IMG/VR virus record: IMGVR_UViG_3300031994_000004
DNA length: 64,000 bases
Reading direction: 5' to 3' (one strand)
DNA from: a virus
Lineage: Duplodnaviria > Caudoviricetes
Positions within the stretch are counted from its first letter, which is position 1. Every line of letters begins with the position of its first letter. A program made the translations under genes and the position numbers. The notes beneath the pieces are model-generated. The model saw only the letters and a list, made by a program, of their open reading frames with translations. It was not told the DNA's origin and searched no databases. This document shows positions 54,514 to 64,000 of the stretch, piece by piece.

Positions 54514-55856
54514 ATGTCAACTTTCCTGTTCGTTATGCTAATTCTAGAGGCAATTTTCACTGTGTATGCGATTGTTGCTGCTATGTTATCTGATGAAAAG
54601 GACGCTGCTACTAAATTCGTTGGTAGCATTATCCGACTGGTGTTGGTAATCGTGGCCTGCGTATTTGGTGGAGCTTGGGCAACTGTTATTGGCATCATTT
54701 ATGGTGCTGTTGGTAATGGACTTGGTTTTCTGTATAATGCAGCAAAGAAGAACGAAATCAAAACTATGGTTTGTTTGGTGTTTATGATTTTATTCATTGT
54801 GGCACTCGCAAACAACTAATAACAAATTAACAAAGAGAGGTAAAATATGTCACAGTATTCACACGATGAACAGATGGAATTTCTTTATGAATTTGCGAAG
54901 AACTATCAGCACTATGTTCCTGACGCAAAGGACAATATGAGGGCTAGTGATTGTTTGAAGAAGCCCAACACTCTCCGAGCTGCTCAGGCTCAGTTGAAGT
55001 TGATTCGTGACCGTTCCAAGTTCTATCGCAGGCTGAAGGCATTTCTCCAGCACGGCATTAAGATTTACTCATTTGAAGGAACTCAGTGGGAAGAATTGGA
55101 AAGTGACGAATTGCGTCAGTGGCTCAAGTTGGCGGTAGATGTCTATGCGGGTTCTAATGCTCAGTCTGTTAAGGACCAAGAAATCACGAAGCTCGCCGGT
55201 GCGATTACGATGTAAATTTAAGGAAACAAATGCTCAATCTAAAAGAATACATTGACGGCATTAGGCCGTTATTGAATGTCCCGTTTGACTATACACCAAA
55301 CTGCTATTATGGCGGTTCTTACGATATGAGAGTTAGGTTCCAGATACAAATGGCTCAACTACCTAAATCGTTTGACTTCGCACGTACTGTTATCCACCCG
55401 GACAGTTTTCTTTTTGATTGTTCGTTCACATTAACCGAACATGAAACGGACCCTAGCCACGTTTCCTGTCAAATACTGTATTGGTTTTTGCGTGATTATC
55501 TGATTGGTACTCAGTATCAGTTCCTAGATTTAATGGAACGAATGGAAGAAAACAAATTTTTACCAGATAATCAAAAGAAATTCCTGGATAGAAATATGTT
55601 TATCCAACAGAAGTCCGAAGTTTTCCCATTGACTGAGATTGTAACTAAATTTAAACAATATCTGGAGATTTTGAGAAAGCAGTATTACGGAATTTTACAT
55701 ATTGCTGAAGACCCAATTTATAAGCAGTATTACAAAGAAATTACGGCTTTGGAAAATAAAATTGACGAAATCAACAAACAGAAACGAGAACTGATAGATA
55801 AAATGAGTAAACAAATCCAAAAGGACATTAAAATCTATAAAGAATTTGAGATGTAA
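54514..55856 (+). CDS. Multi-TM small membrane protein 54514-54819; hypotheticals 54847-55215 and 55230-55856 (coiled-coil tail ending KEFEM)
   Basis: SD sequences; hydrophobicity pattern. Confidence 0.7.
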
Positions 55857-55917
55857 AATTCTTTTTACAATTATTTCCTAAATCGTCATTGACAATGTGA
55901 CGATTTTTTGCTATATT
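55852..55917 (+). promoter_or_regulatory. Early promoter with palindromic box and terminator hairpin
   Basis: Box 55852-55869; TTGACA 55889; TATATT 55912; hairpin 55880-55906. Confidence 0.85.
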
Positions 55918-55947
55918 TAACTTGTAAATTAAAAATGAGGTATCTTT

Positions 55948-56787
55948 ATGAACGCAATTAAAACTCTCGCCAAACTTCATAATTGGAATGTTCCGACTGT
56001 TTGCCCGATTTGTGGTAGTGAATTGGAACTGTCCGAAAATCATTGTCAGCTCAAATGTGTAAATGATTTCTGTCAGAGCAAGACTGCCGGTCGCATTAAC
56101 AAATGGACTGGGATTTTGGATGTGAAGGAATTTGGTTTGAGAACGATTAACCTGCTCATTGACAACGGTATTGTTGATTCAATTTCGTCCCTCTACAAAA
56201 TGGACCTGAACAAGATTGCGAAAATTGAAGGAATGGGTAAGCGCTCAGCAGAGAAAATGAAGAAGGAATTGGATGCCCATAAGGAAATGACATTGGCGAA
56301 GTTTATCGCTGGTTACAACATTGAAGGTGTTGGTGAGAAGTTCATTGAGAACATTATCAGTTCCAAGAAGTTCAAGAATTTTAATGATTTCTTCGCTTAT
56401 TCTAAATCTCCGACCCGCTTTACTTGCGACGGTGTGGGTGATGTGATTAGCACGAAGTTGGCGGAAGGTTTGAAGGCCCTGAAGAGTGATATGGAAAAGA
56501 CACTCCAGTTCGTAACGATTAAGAACGCAGCTCCGAAGAAGGTGGTTGCTGGTGGTTCGTTGGGAGGTAAATCTTTCTGTTTCACCGGTGCTGCTAGTAT
56601 GCCGCGAAAGAAGCTCTGGGAACTGGTTGAAAAGAATGGTGGTGTGGTTCACGAAGGCATCAAGAAGGACACTGACTTCTTGGTTCTCGCAGATGTGAAT
56701 AGCACATCGGGTAAGGCCAAAGCGGCTCGTAAGCAGGGCATTACTCTCCTGAGCGAAGCAGATTTTATCAAAATGTGCGTAGTGTAA
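55948..56787 (+). CDS. ligA: NAD-dependent DNA ligase, C-terminal part (Zn finger + HhH + BRCT)
   Basis: PTVCPICGS...CVNDFC Zn finger; HhH motifs IEGMGKRSA, IEGVG, DGVG; BRCT FCFTG...NGG...KKDTDFLV...K..A...GI. Confidence 0.9.
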   Translation: MNAIKTLAKLHNWNVPTVCPICGSELELSENHCQLKCVNDFCQSKTAGRINKWTGILDVKEFGLRTINLLIDNGIVDSISSLYKMDLNKIAKIEGMGKRSAEKMKKELDAHKEMTLAKFIAGYNIEGVGEKFIENIISSKKFKNFNDFFAYSKSPTRFTCDGVGDVISTKLAEGLKALKSDMEKTLQFVTIKNAAPKKVVAGGSLGGKSFCFTGAASMPRKKLWELVEKNGGVVHEGIKKDTDFLVLADVNSTSGKAKAARKQGITLLSEADFIKMCVV

Positions 56788-59700
56788 ATGGTTGATTTTG
56801 CTTTTTTCACTAGCCAGGCGGAAATATTAAATCTAAATTGTTTGCTTACTGGTGATTGCTATTACATTGGAACAGCTAAACCTGAAACAGAATTGATGCG
56901 ATATAATCTTTATGACAAATCTGTAACAGTATGGCCGAGAGTGTATTATAGTGACCTAATGAAAGAAATTAGAACTGAACATGAGAGTGTTGAAGTTAAT
57001 ACGAATGAAGGACTTGAAGAACTATGTGGTATAATTCAGATGAATTTAAAGAACGTCAAAATGAAACGTCGTTTGTCTAAAATGAATGAGGATTTTTAAT
57101 GTTTAAGAAAACAGAAATTGTAAATTTTCAACTGGAAGATGCAGTTCCTGAAACTTCATATCTTCATTCCAAATACTGGACGAAGTATGGTGGGAATTAT
57201 CGTTTGCAGTTGACTGCTCACAATTTTTTAGAAGCGTGTTTTAAAACTCAGACAGAATTTGAAATTGAACAACCAGGTTTTTGTGACCTGTGCGATGAAA
57301 AAGATACAATTTGGGTTAATTTCTACCAATATGTTGAAATAAACGGGTATGAATTTAAAATTCCTGCACCAGTGCTGGATTGGGGAATTCGTCCAAGTCC
57401 ATCTGGTTTAATTACCGAGAATTATTTTAATGTGTTCAATGTAGATAAGCCAAAAAAAGAACGAATTTATGAATATGTTGATTACTATAAGAAGCACAAA
57501 AATCCGCTTCCGTATGGAACTGATTATCACGATTACTGCACAAAAGAAGTACGAACAAACCAAATTTGGATTGAAGATTTAAGTGATTTTGATAAAATAA
57601 TTGAAGTAGTTCGCCCGTATGCCAAACAACAGAAAGAAGAACTTTTCAAATATGCTTCTATGTTTAATGTATTGGAAGAAACACAATATACAGAAAAGAT
57701 GGAAGCATACAAAAAGCAAATCGCAGATTTGAACAAAATGAGAAATGATTTTACTGATAAGACAGTAGATTCCATTTTAAAACAAATTAACTTACAAGGA
57801 GATTTTTAATATGTTTACGCCGGAACAAGTAGCACAAGTACAGAAAGCAAACGAATTTATCAAATCTAATCTACCACAGGTAAAGACAGTTCATCCGACC
57901 TTTGAAAAGAAGCGTTTAGTTTGTCTAATCAAAATGAAGGATTTGGATTGTGAAGTTGCTGAACGAGTGAAAAAAGAAATCCATAAAGACCGGACATTTC
58001 TTTATGTAAAATTCTTGAAGGACTTCAGCATTGAATGTTCTTACAACAAGATTGATTTTGCGAAACTACCAAAGTCAGAACCTTGTGGCAGTTATTTTGT
58101 GACTGACAGTATGTTAAATGTAACTGAAATTGAAGATGAAGAAACTGATGTGGCTACTCTGAAGAAGGGTTTCAACGCAGTTATTCAGCAACTTAATGCT
58201 ATTGACCAGATCATCAATTCTCCTGATTTGGTTCATTTTAAAACTGAAATTGACAATACCTATGAAGAAGAACGCAAACTCAAAGCACAGCTCAAAGCTC
58301 TTGACGAAAAGAGAACACTTCTTTATAGAAAGAAAAAGGATTGTTACAAGAAAATTATCAGTATGGCAGAGGATTTTTAATGACTTTTGATTCTCTAAAA
58401 CAGGAATGTGATGAGATAAATGTTACCTTTAATGGTAAACTTCTATTCTATCACAAGGAAATTGTTGGAAGATACTATCACAATGATGACAATGAACTTG
58501 TATGTGATGTTATTTCTATTGGTTCACCATACCCAGCTGAAGGACTTAACAATGAAAACGAAATAATGAATTGTCTTGTTAAAGCCATAAAGTATTTTAA
58601 GAAACTAGAAAATGAAAAAAGATTAAGAAGGATAGAAAATGATTTTTAAGGTGTTTGAGAAATTTGGGATTGACCTACAACAGCATTGTTCAGGTGACTT
58701 TGGTGATTTTAAAACATACGATTTAAATCTGGGTGATTTTGATTCACTGAAATATGCTGAAAACATAGACTGGGGCTGTATGAAAGTTATTTACAATAAA
58801 GGTACATATTCCATTATGGGGTATCTGCCGACCATTAACTTTAATGGCATAAAGACAATGCTCATAACTTACACGAATACAAATGTGCTTCGCTACGGCC
58901 AAAATGTTAGGACAGTTAAAATCATTGAAGATAAACAAATTACTGAAAAGAATTTTGACCGCGTTGTTGCCAATGTTAAACATTTCCTGGATAAGTTTGA
59001 CGAACAAGAAATAAAAATTCAACAGTTCTTAGGTACATTAAATCTGGACGATTTTAGGGAGACAGTTGTAACATTGACAAATGAAATAAAAGAAAAAATG
59101 ACTGCGCTTGATGAATACAAAGAAAAATTTTACAAGAATGTTAAATCACAACTTTCTGTAACGAAGGATTTTGAATGACGAGTGAACAAGAACCATCAAT
59201 GTTACCAGAATACAAGAAAGTATTAGATGCATTTGGTTTGAAACACGTTGGTGATGGATGTTATAGCTGGAATGGGCACTGGCTAGTGTCTTACTATGGT
59301 GATAAAGATTTCAGTATGTGGGCAGTTATGCAGGGTATTAGAAAGGAATGGATTAAAAATGACCCGTTTATTTCATTGGGTGGTTGTGAATGTATGAGTC
59401 CTGAAGAACTGGAAGAACGAATTAGTGGCATAATAAAAAAGTACAACCAAGTTAAAGAAGAAATTAAACTGGAAAATTTACAGAAGGATTTCAAATGAGA
59501 AAGGACATTAAAGCCTTTTTAGAACAAAATAACTTTGTTTACGAAAACAGAGATTTCACTGAATATGTTCCAGGGAATTCATACTACAACTCACTAGGTT
59601 GCTGGGTTTCGGAATACCATCAGATATTTTACAGACAGTATAAGTATTTCCAAGTTATGTTGTTTGTGGCACCGCATTTTGATAAGCGTTTTCCACCACA

Positions 59701-60082
59701 CAAAAAACGAGGTTATATTTTCACTCCATATCTGACTAAACAAGAGCAGATTGATTCTTACATTTATACAGACTGCGTATATTTCAAAATGCGAAACATT
59801 GAAATAGATTATGGAAAACAAGCAAATCAAACTGATGAGTATGCTACTCCATTGAGATGTTTAACTGAAAAAATGAACACTTATCAGGGTATCAGGAAAA
59901 TGCGAAAACTGCATAAAAAACTTTGCCCAACAAAATTTAAGGGCAACTGGAAAAATATGAGTATTCCGCAATTAAAGAAAATGATTACAGAATTTGAAAC
60001 TTACGATTTGGCATTAGAAAAAGCCATAAAAGAAAGAAAAATGTTTAAGAAAGTTAACAAAATCAGTGAAGACTTCGTGTAA
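56788..60082 (+). CDS. DF-tail array 6, seven consecutive members: 56788-57099, 57099-57809, 57811-58380, 58380-58649, 58639-59178, 59175-59498, 59495-60082
   Basis: C-termini KMNEDF, NLQGDF, SMAEDF, RIENDF, SVTKDFE, NLQKDFK, KISEDFV. Confidence 0.85.
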
Positions 60083-60133
60083 ATTTCTTTTTACATAAAA
60101 TTCATTGACAAACTTCATTTTATTATCTATATT
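60078..60133 (+). promoter_or_regulatory. Early promoter with palindromic box one helical turn closer than usual
   Basis: Box 60078-60095, 9 bp before TTGACA 60105; TATATT 60128. Confidence 0.8.
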
Positions 60134-60160
60134 ATTACTACAAAACAACAAGAGGTACAA

Positions 60161-61138
60161 ATGAAAGTTTTTGAAATTCAGCATCCTGGATACAAGGCAT
60201 TGGTTACAGTTAAGAACATTGAAGGTGTTTCTGATGTAACTGAAACTGAAAATGTTGAATATGCTGGTGACATTCATGAAAAAACGGAACAGTCATTTAA
60301 AATTTATATGAAATCTAATGCGGACTACACAATTAAATCTACTGATAAGATTTATTCGCTTTCGGATTCTCATAGAAATGGTAAATGGGAAATTAAAAGA
60401 AACGAAATTCCATTTGACGAATTTTATACTGAAATTGCTATCGCACTAATTCAACAGGACTAATAAGGAGACAAACAAATGAGCAAGAAGACTGACTATT
60501 GGACTGAATACGAAAAGCAGGTTGCCGAATGGTTTGCATCTGGTGATTGTAACTGCGTAGAAAAGACCAAGAAGGCCTGTGAAGAACAGAAGAAACTTTG
60601 GAATTCTCAGCATAAGTATGAAATTGTTGGGAATAAGTGGGACCCGTGGAATCAAGCTGGTATTCCTTGGGAAACCTGGAACAATATGTATATGGAAAAT
60701 ATGGACCCGGACAAGCGCAAGAAGTTAATTGACACTATTAACGAGTCCAGGGCTGATGACCAGGAATGGATTTACTTTAAGAATCGTTTGAACAATCTTT
60801 AAGGACAAACTATGTACCAATTTCCGAAATTTACAAAGAATAAAGTAAAACAAGCATTCTTGAATGCTGGTGGATGGCGGGTAATTGAAGAAAATGATGG
60901 TGTGCTTGAACTAATGCCCAATGGGTATAAGGCAAAAGAAGGCTTTCTTTTTCTGTTTGTGGAAACTGAAGAAGAATCAAAAGAAAATGATATGCCGATT
61001 GGTGAAGCCTATCATATTGATGTAAACCCGTGGGTAGCAGTAGACTGGCTTACGGCTGAAGATTATGATAATCTAAATCAAATTGTAGATGCCGCCAATG
61101 CTTGTGTAAAAGATTATGGAAAAAGGTATAAGTATTAA
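60161..61138 (+). CDS. Three early hypothetical proteins (60161-60463, 60479-60802, 60812-61138)
   Basis: SD sequences before each. Confidence 0.7.
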
Positions 61139-61142
61139 GTAG

Positions 61143-61208
61143 TGTAAACAAATTTTTACACAAAATGTGTGAAAATCCATTGACAAGCACTCTACAATTT
61201 TCTATATT
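61143..61208 (+). promoter_or_regulatory. Early promoter with palindromic box
   Basis: Box 61143-61160; TTGACA 61180; TATATT 61203. Confidence 0.85.
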
Positions 61209-61239
61209 TGTATCAAACTAAAAAAGAGGTATAAAAATT

Positions 61240-62649
61240 ATGGCAAAGAACACAAAGAACACAAAGAAGACCACGAAGAAGACTGTTAAGACCACCGCAA
61301 AGAAGGCAGAAACCACAAAGAAGGTTCCACATCTTAAGGTTCACGATGGCGCTGACTTTTTCGCTCACAAGCACATCATCAATTTCTTAACTGAAACTGA
61401 CCTCTACAAATTCACCCAGCAGCAGTTCTATCTCCACGTTCGTCCGAATGACCGAGCAAAGTGGGAATTTAAGTGCCGCACTAAGGGTGTAAATCTCGCT
61501 CCGCTCTGTAAGCGAATTAACGAGGAATTGGATTGGTTGTGTACTTTGAAGTTCCAACAGTTTGAATTGGACTGGTTTAAGAAGCAGAATTATTTTGCTC
61601 ACGATTATGTTGAATTTTTGGAAGATTTCCAACTGAAGCGTCGCCACATCAAGTGCTATACTGACAAGAAGAATACTACTTTGTTCGTAGAAGCAGAAGG
61701 TTCTCAGAAGAATGTTTCTCCGTTTGAAATTTATGTTCTCCACATCATCCAGGCACTTTGGATGGCAGATGAAGAACTTGATTGGGATAGGGCAAAGACA
61801 AATCTTGACAACGAAATTGCCAAGGTGAACGCAGCAACCAGAGCTGGCATCAAGTTCACGATTTCCGATTTTTCTGTTCGCCGCACTATTTCTAGCGAAT
61901 GGGAAGATTACATGGTCGGTCGTATGCTTGCTATGTGCCCGGCATTTGTTGGAACTAGCAACGTCTATCTCGCCATCAAGCACAACTGCACGGCTATTGG
62001 CACCTTCGCTCACGAATTGGATGCCACCTATCAGGGCCTTTCGGATGTGACGATTGCGAATGCTCAGAAACAGAAGCTCACTGATTGGGCAAATGAATAT
62101 GACGGCAAGTTGGGCATCGCTCTCTCTGACAACTATGGTTTCAAGAGTTTCTTGAATGACTTTGGACTGAAGTTTGCGAAGCTCTTTGATGGTTGCCGTC
62201 ACGATAGCGGCGACCCGATTCGTTGGGGTGAAATGCTGATTGCTCACTATAAGAAGTTGGGCATTGACCCGACCACGAAGGTTGCTTGCTGGTCTGACTC
62301 GCTTGACATTGACAAGGCTCTCGCCATCGCAAAGCACTTCAATGGTCGCATCAAGATTGCGTTCGGCATCGGTACGTATCTCGGCGCAACTGTCTGTGGC
62401 ACAAAGAAGAATCCACTCTCTATGGTTATGAAGGTTGTGGAAGTGAATGGCAAGCCAGCTACTAAACTTAGCGACAGTAAGGGTAAAACTCTCTGTCAGG
62501 ACGAAGCATATAATGAATATGTGCGTAAGGTCCATAACTATAAATCTATTGATGACATGACAGTTGAAGAAATTACAGCAATGTTGCCTGATTTTAAGAA
62601 TGTTCTTTTAACTGATGTTTACAATGGAAATAATATAAATAATGTATAA
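61240..62649 (+). CDS. pncB: Nicotinate phosphoribosyltransferase with a Lys/Thr-rich N-terminal extension
   Basis: TDLYKFTQQQ, DF..RR, GTSNV, GTFAHE, RHDSGDP, SDSLD, FGIGT, KLSDS.GK. Confidence 0.9.
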   Translation: MAKNTKNTKKTTKKTVKTTAKKAETTKKVPHLKVHDGADFFAHKHIINFLTETDLYKFTQQQFYLHVRPNDRAKWEFKCRTKGVNLAPLCKRINEELDWLCTLKFQQFELDWFKKQNYFAHDYVEFLEDFQLKRRHIKCYTDKKNTTLFVEAEGSQKNVSPFEIYVLHIIQALWMADEELDWDRAKTNLDNEIAKVNAATRAGIKFTISDFSVRRTISSEWEDYMVGRMLAMCPAFVGTSNVYLAIKHNCTAIGTFAHELDATYQGLSDVTIANAQKQKLTDWANEYDGKLGIALSDNYGFKSFLNDFGLKFAKLFDGCRHDSGDPIRWGEMLIAHYKKLGIDPTTKVACWSDSLDIDKALAIAKHFNGRIKIAFGIGTYLGATVCGTKKNPLSMVMKVVEVNGKPATKLSDSKGKTLCQDEAYNEYVRKVHNYKSIDDMTVEEITAMLPDFKNVLLTDVYNGNNINNV

Positions 62650-62760
62650 TTGTTTGGAAGGCAATTAACATTATTGAATTTTTTAGAAACCCCAGGTATG
62701 TGAGCCTTCCAAATATAAGCGTACTTTGGGGTTTCTTATTTTCATATATGGAAGGCTAGT
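62634..62760 (+). promoter_or_regulatory. Late promoter plus structured 5' leader of the endonuclease gene
   Basis: TATAAATA 62634-62641; hairpin 62685-62694/62727-62736 whose loop is complementary to both 62653-62662 and the RBS region 62749-62757. Confidence 0.6.
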
Positions 62761-63585
62761 ATGAAATTTTACATTTACAAAATAATAAACAAATTAAATG
62801 GTAAATGTTATGTAGGTAAACATAAAACATTTGATGGTGAAACTTTTCGTGCTTATATGGGAAGTGGTATTGCTCTTGTTGAAGCACAAAGAAAATACGG
62901 AATTTCTAATTTTGATAAAGAAATTATTGAAGAAATTGAAGATGATGAAAATGAACTTATTGTTAATGAACGTGAAAGATTTTGGATAAAAGAACTTAAT
63001 ACAATTTCACCTAATGGATATAATATAGCTTATTGTGGTGAAGGTGGTTGTTATCACGTATCGGAAGAAACAAAAAAGAAAATTTCAAAGTCAAGTTCAG
63101 GTAAGCCAAAAAGTAAAGAACATATTAAAAATATGCGAATCGCAGAATTTACAAAACAATATACTTTTGAATATGAAAATGGTAATGTAGAAGTTAAAAA
63201 TATAATTTTATGTGATTACTGTGAAGAAAATAAATTTGATTTAAATGAAATAAAATACTTATCATCTTTTGGCTATTATTATCATGGATTTCGTATAAAA
63301 GAATTTTATAATAAAAATGAATTTTTGAGAAAAATAGATAGAACTTGTAAATGTTTTAAAAACCCAATAACAAATGAATATGTATCATATTGGACTTTAA
63401 ACCAGTTAAAATTTCGTTATCATAAACCGGAATTAGAAAATGTAGAAATAATGGATTTATTGGATAAAACAAAGATGAAAATAAATCCTTGTAGATGGTG
63501 GAATAATGGAATTGAAGAACATTTCTGTATGAATAAACCAGATGAAACTTATAAGCCAGGAAGAATTCCATTTAAAAAACATTGA
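62761..63585 (+). mobile_element. Free-standing GIY-YIG homing endonuclease (Seg-like) with a NUMOD3-type repeat
   Basis: YIYKIINKLNGKCYVG, YMGSG, E..WI, PNGYN, HVSEETKKKISK..GKPKSKEH. Confidence 0.85.
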
Positions 63586-63610
63586 CAAACAATTAAAATT
63601 TTACTATATT
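63582..63610 (+). promoter_or_regulatory. Sigma70-type promoter without the upstream box
   Basis: TTGACA-17-TATATT. Confidence 0.7.
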
Positions 63611-63629
63611 TAACTTAGAGGAACAAATT

Positions 63630-64000
63630 ATGGATAGATTAAAAAATGACGCATTGGATAATTTAATTGCTGAACTACGAAAGAAAAGTTTCAAAGGTTC
63701 ACCTATAGATTTTACTGCGAATAAATGTCCTGAACGCGGTTATAGAACTGAACATGTAATTGAAGTTTTATTTAAGCGCCAACCTGCTTTCCGAGATTTG
63801 GACCCGAATTACAAAAGGGAATTAAACGGTCAAATAAAAATTGAAATTGACTGTGATTGCTACACAATTAAATGTGAATACCCGTCATCACTTCTATTAT
63901 CTTCTATTGACGAAGTTCGTAATGCATACTACAGACACGATAGATGGAATGAACCACTTCAGTCGTTCGGGTGTGGTTATAGTGATTACAAACGAATTAC
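63630..64000 (+). CDS. Hypothetical protein, truncated by the window end
   Basis: SD GAGG, ATG 63630 (MDRLKNDALDNL...). Confidence 0.55.
   Translation, partial: MDRLKNDALDNLIAELRKKSFKGSPIDFTANKCPERGYRTEHVIEVLFKRQPAFRDLDPNYKRELNGQIKIEIDCDCYTIKCEYPSSLLLSSIDEVRNAYYRHDRWNEPLQSFGCGYSDYKRI

Noticed and set aside
50364-55948. Intron or intein explanation for the split ligase
   Set aside because: The interval holds ordinary genes and promoters; no intein terminal residues or group I/II features are visible; the C-half has its own promoter and SD.
4076-61208. Recurrent intergenic repeats as a CRISPR array or attC sites
   Set aside because: Irregularly spaced kilobases apart and fully explained as promoter, box and terminator modules.
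61387-62535. 382-aa minus-strand ORF antisense to pncB
   Set aside because: Lies wholly opposite a well-supported gene; no motifs, SD or promoter; most likely a codon-bias shadow.
1-64000. Stop-codon reassignment (TAG or TGA)
   Set aside because: Standard code gives dense, intact genes, and several genes end cleanly in TAG or TGA. Reading through the UvsW TAG would not restore the frame.

Overview
AT-rich, gene-dense 64-kb segment of a large T4-like (Tevenvirinae-type) myophage genome, read almost entirely on the + strand. T4-like hallmarks are a UvsW helicase (interrupted by a +1 frame change), a gp14-like neck protein and TATAAATA late promoters. Recognisable genes include three tandem radical SAM enzymes behind a 69-aa ORF, a late-promoter glycosyltransferase/methyltransferase cluster, an M15 peptidase endolysin, an SLT transglycosylase, an HD hydrolase, a metallophosphoesterase, a NadR-like kinase, a CoaD-like adenylyltransferase, PncB, a GIY-YIG endonuclease, and an NAD-dependent DNA ligase split into two separately promoted genes 5.6 kb apart. 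Four patterns are not explained by these calls. (1) About 48 otherwise diverse small proteins share a C-terminal basic helix ending in hydrophobic-x-x-D-F. (2) Six late proteins share an N-terminal leader, M-x-[LI]-x-EA-x-x-[IVF]L-x-x-[NQ]G[FY]...E, that resembles a capsid-targeting or prohead-protease signal. (3) Thirteen sigma70-type promoters carry a TGTAAA-N6-TTTACA palindrome (the TyrR-box consensus), ten of them exactly 19 bp upstream of the -35. (4) Eight of those promoters are built inside an intrinsic-terminator hairpin. No tRNA, rRNA or CRISPR array was seen. All functional calls come from motif recognition by eye, without database searches.
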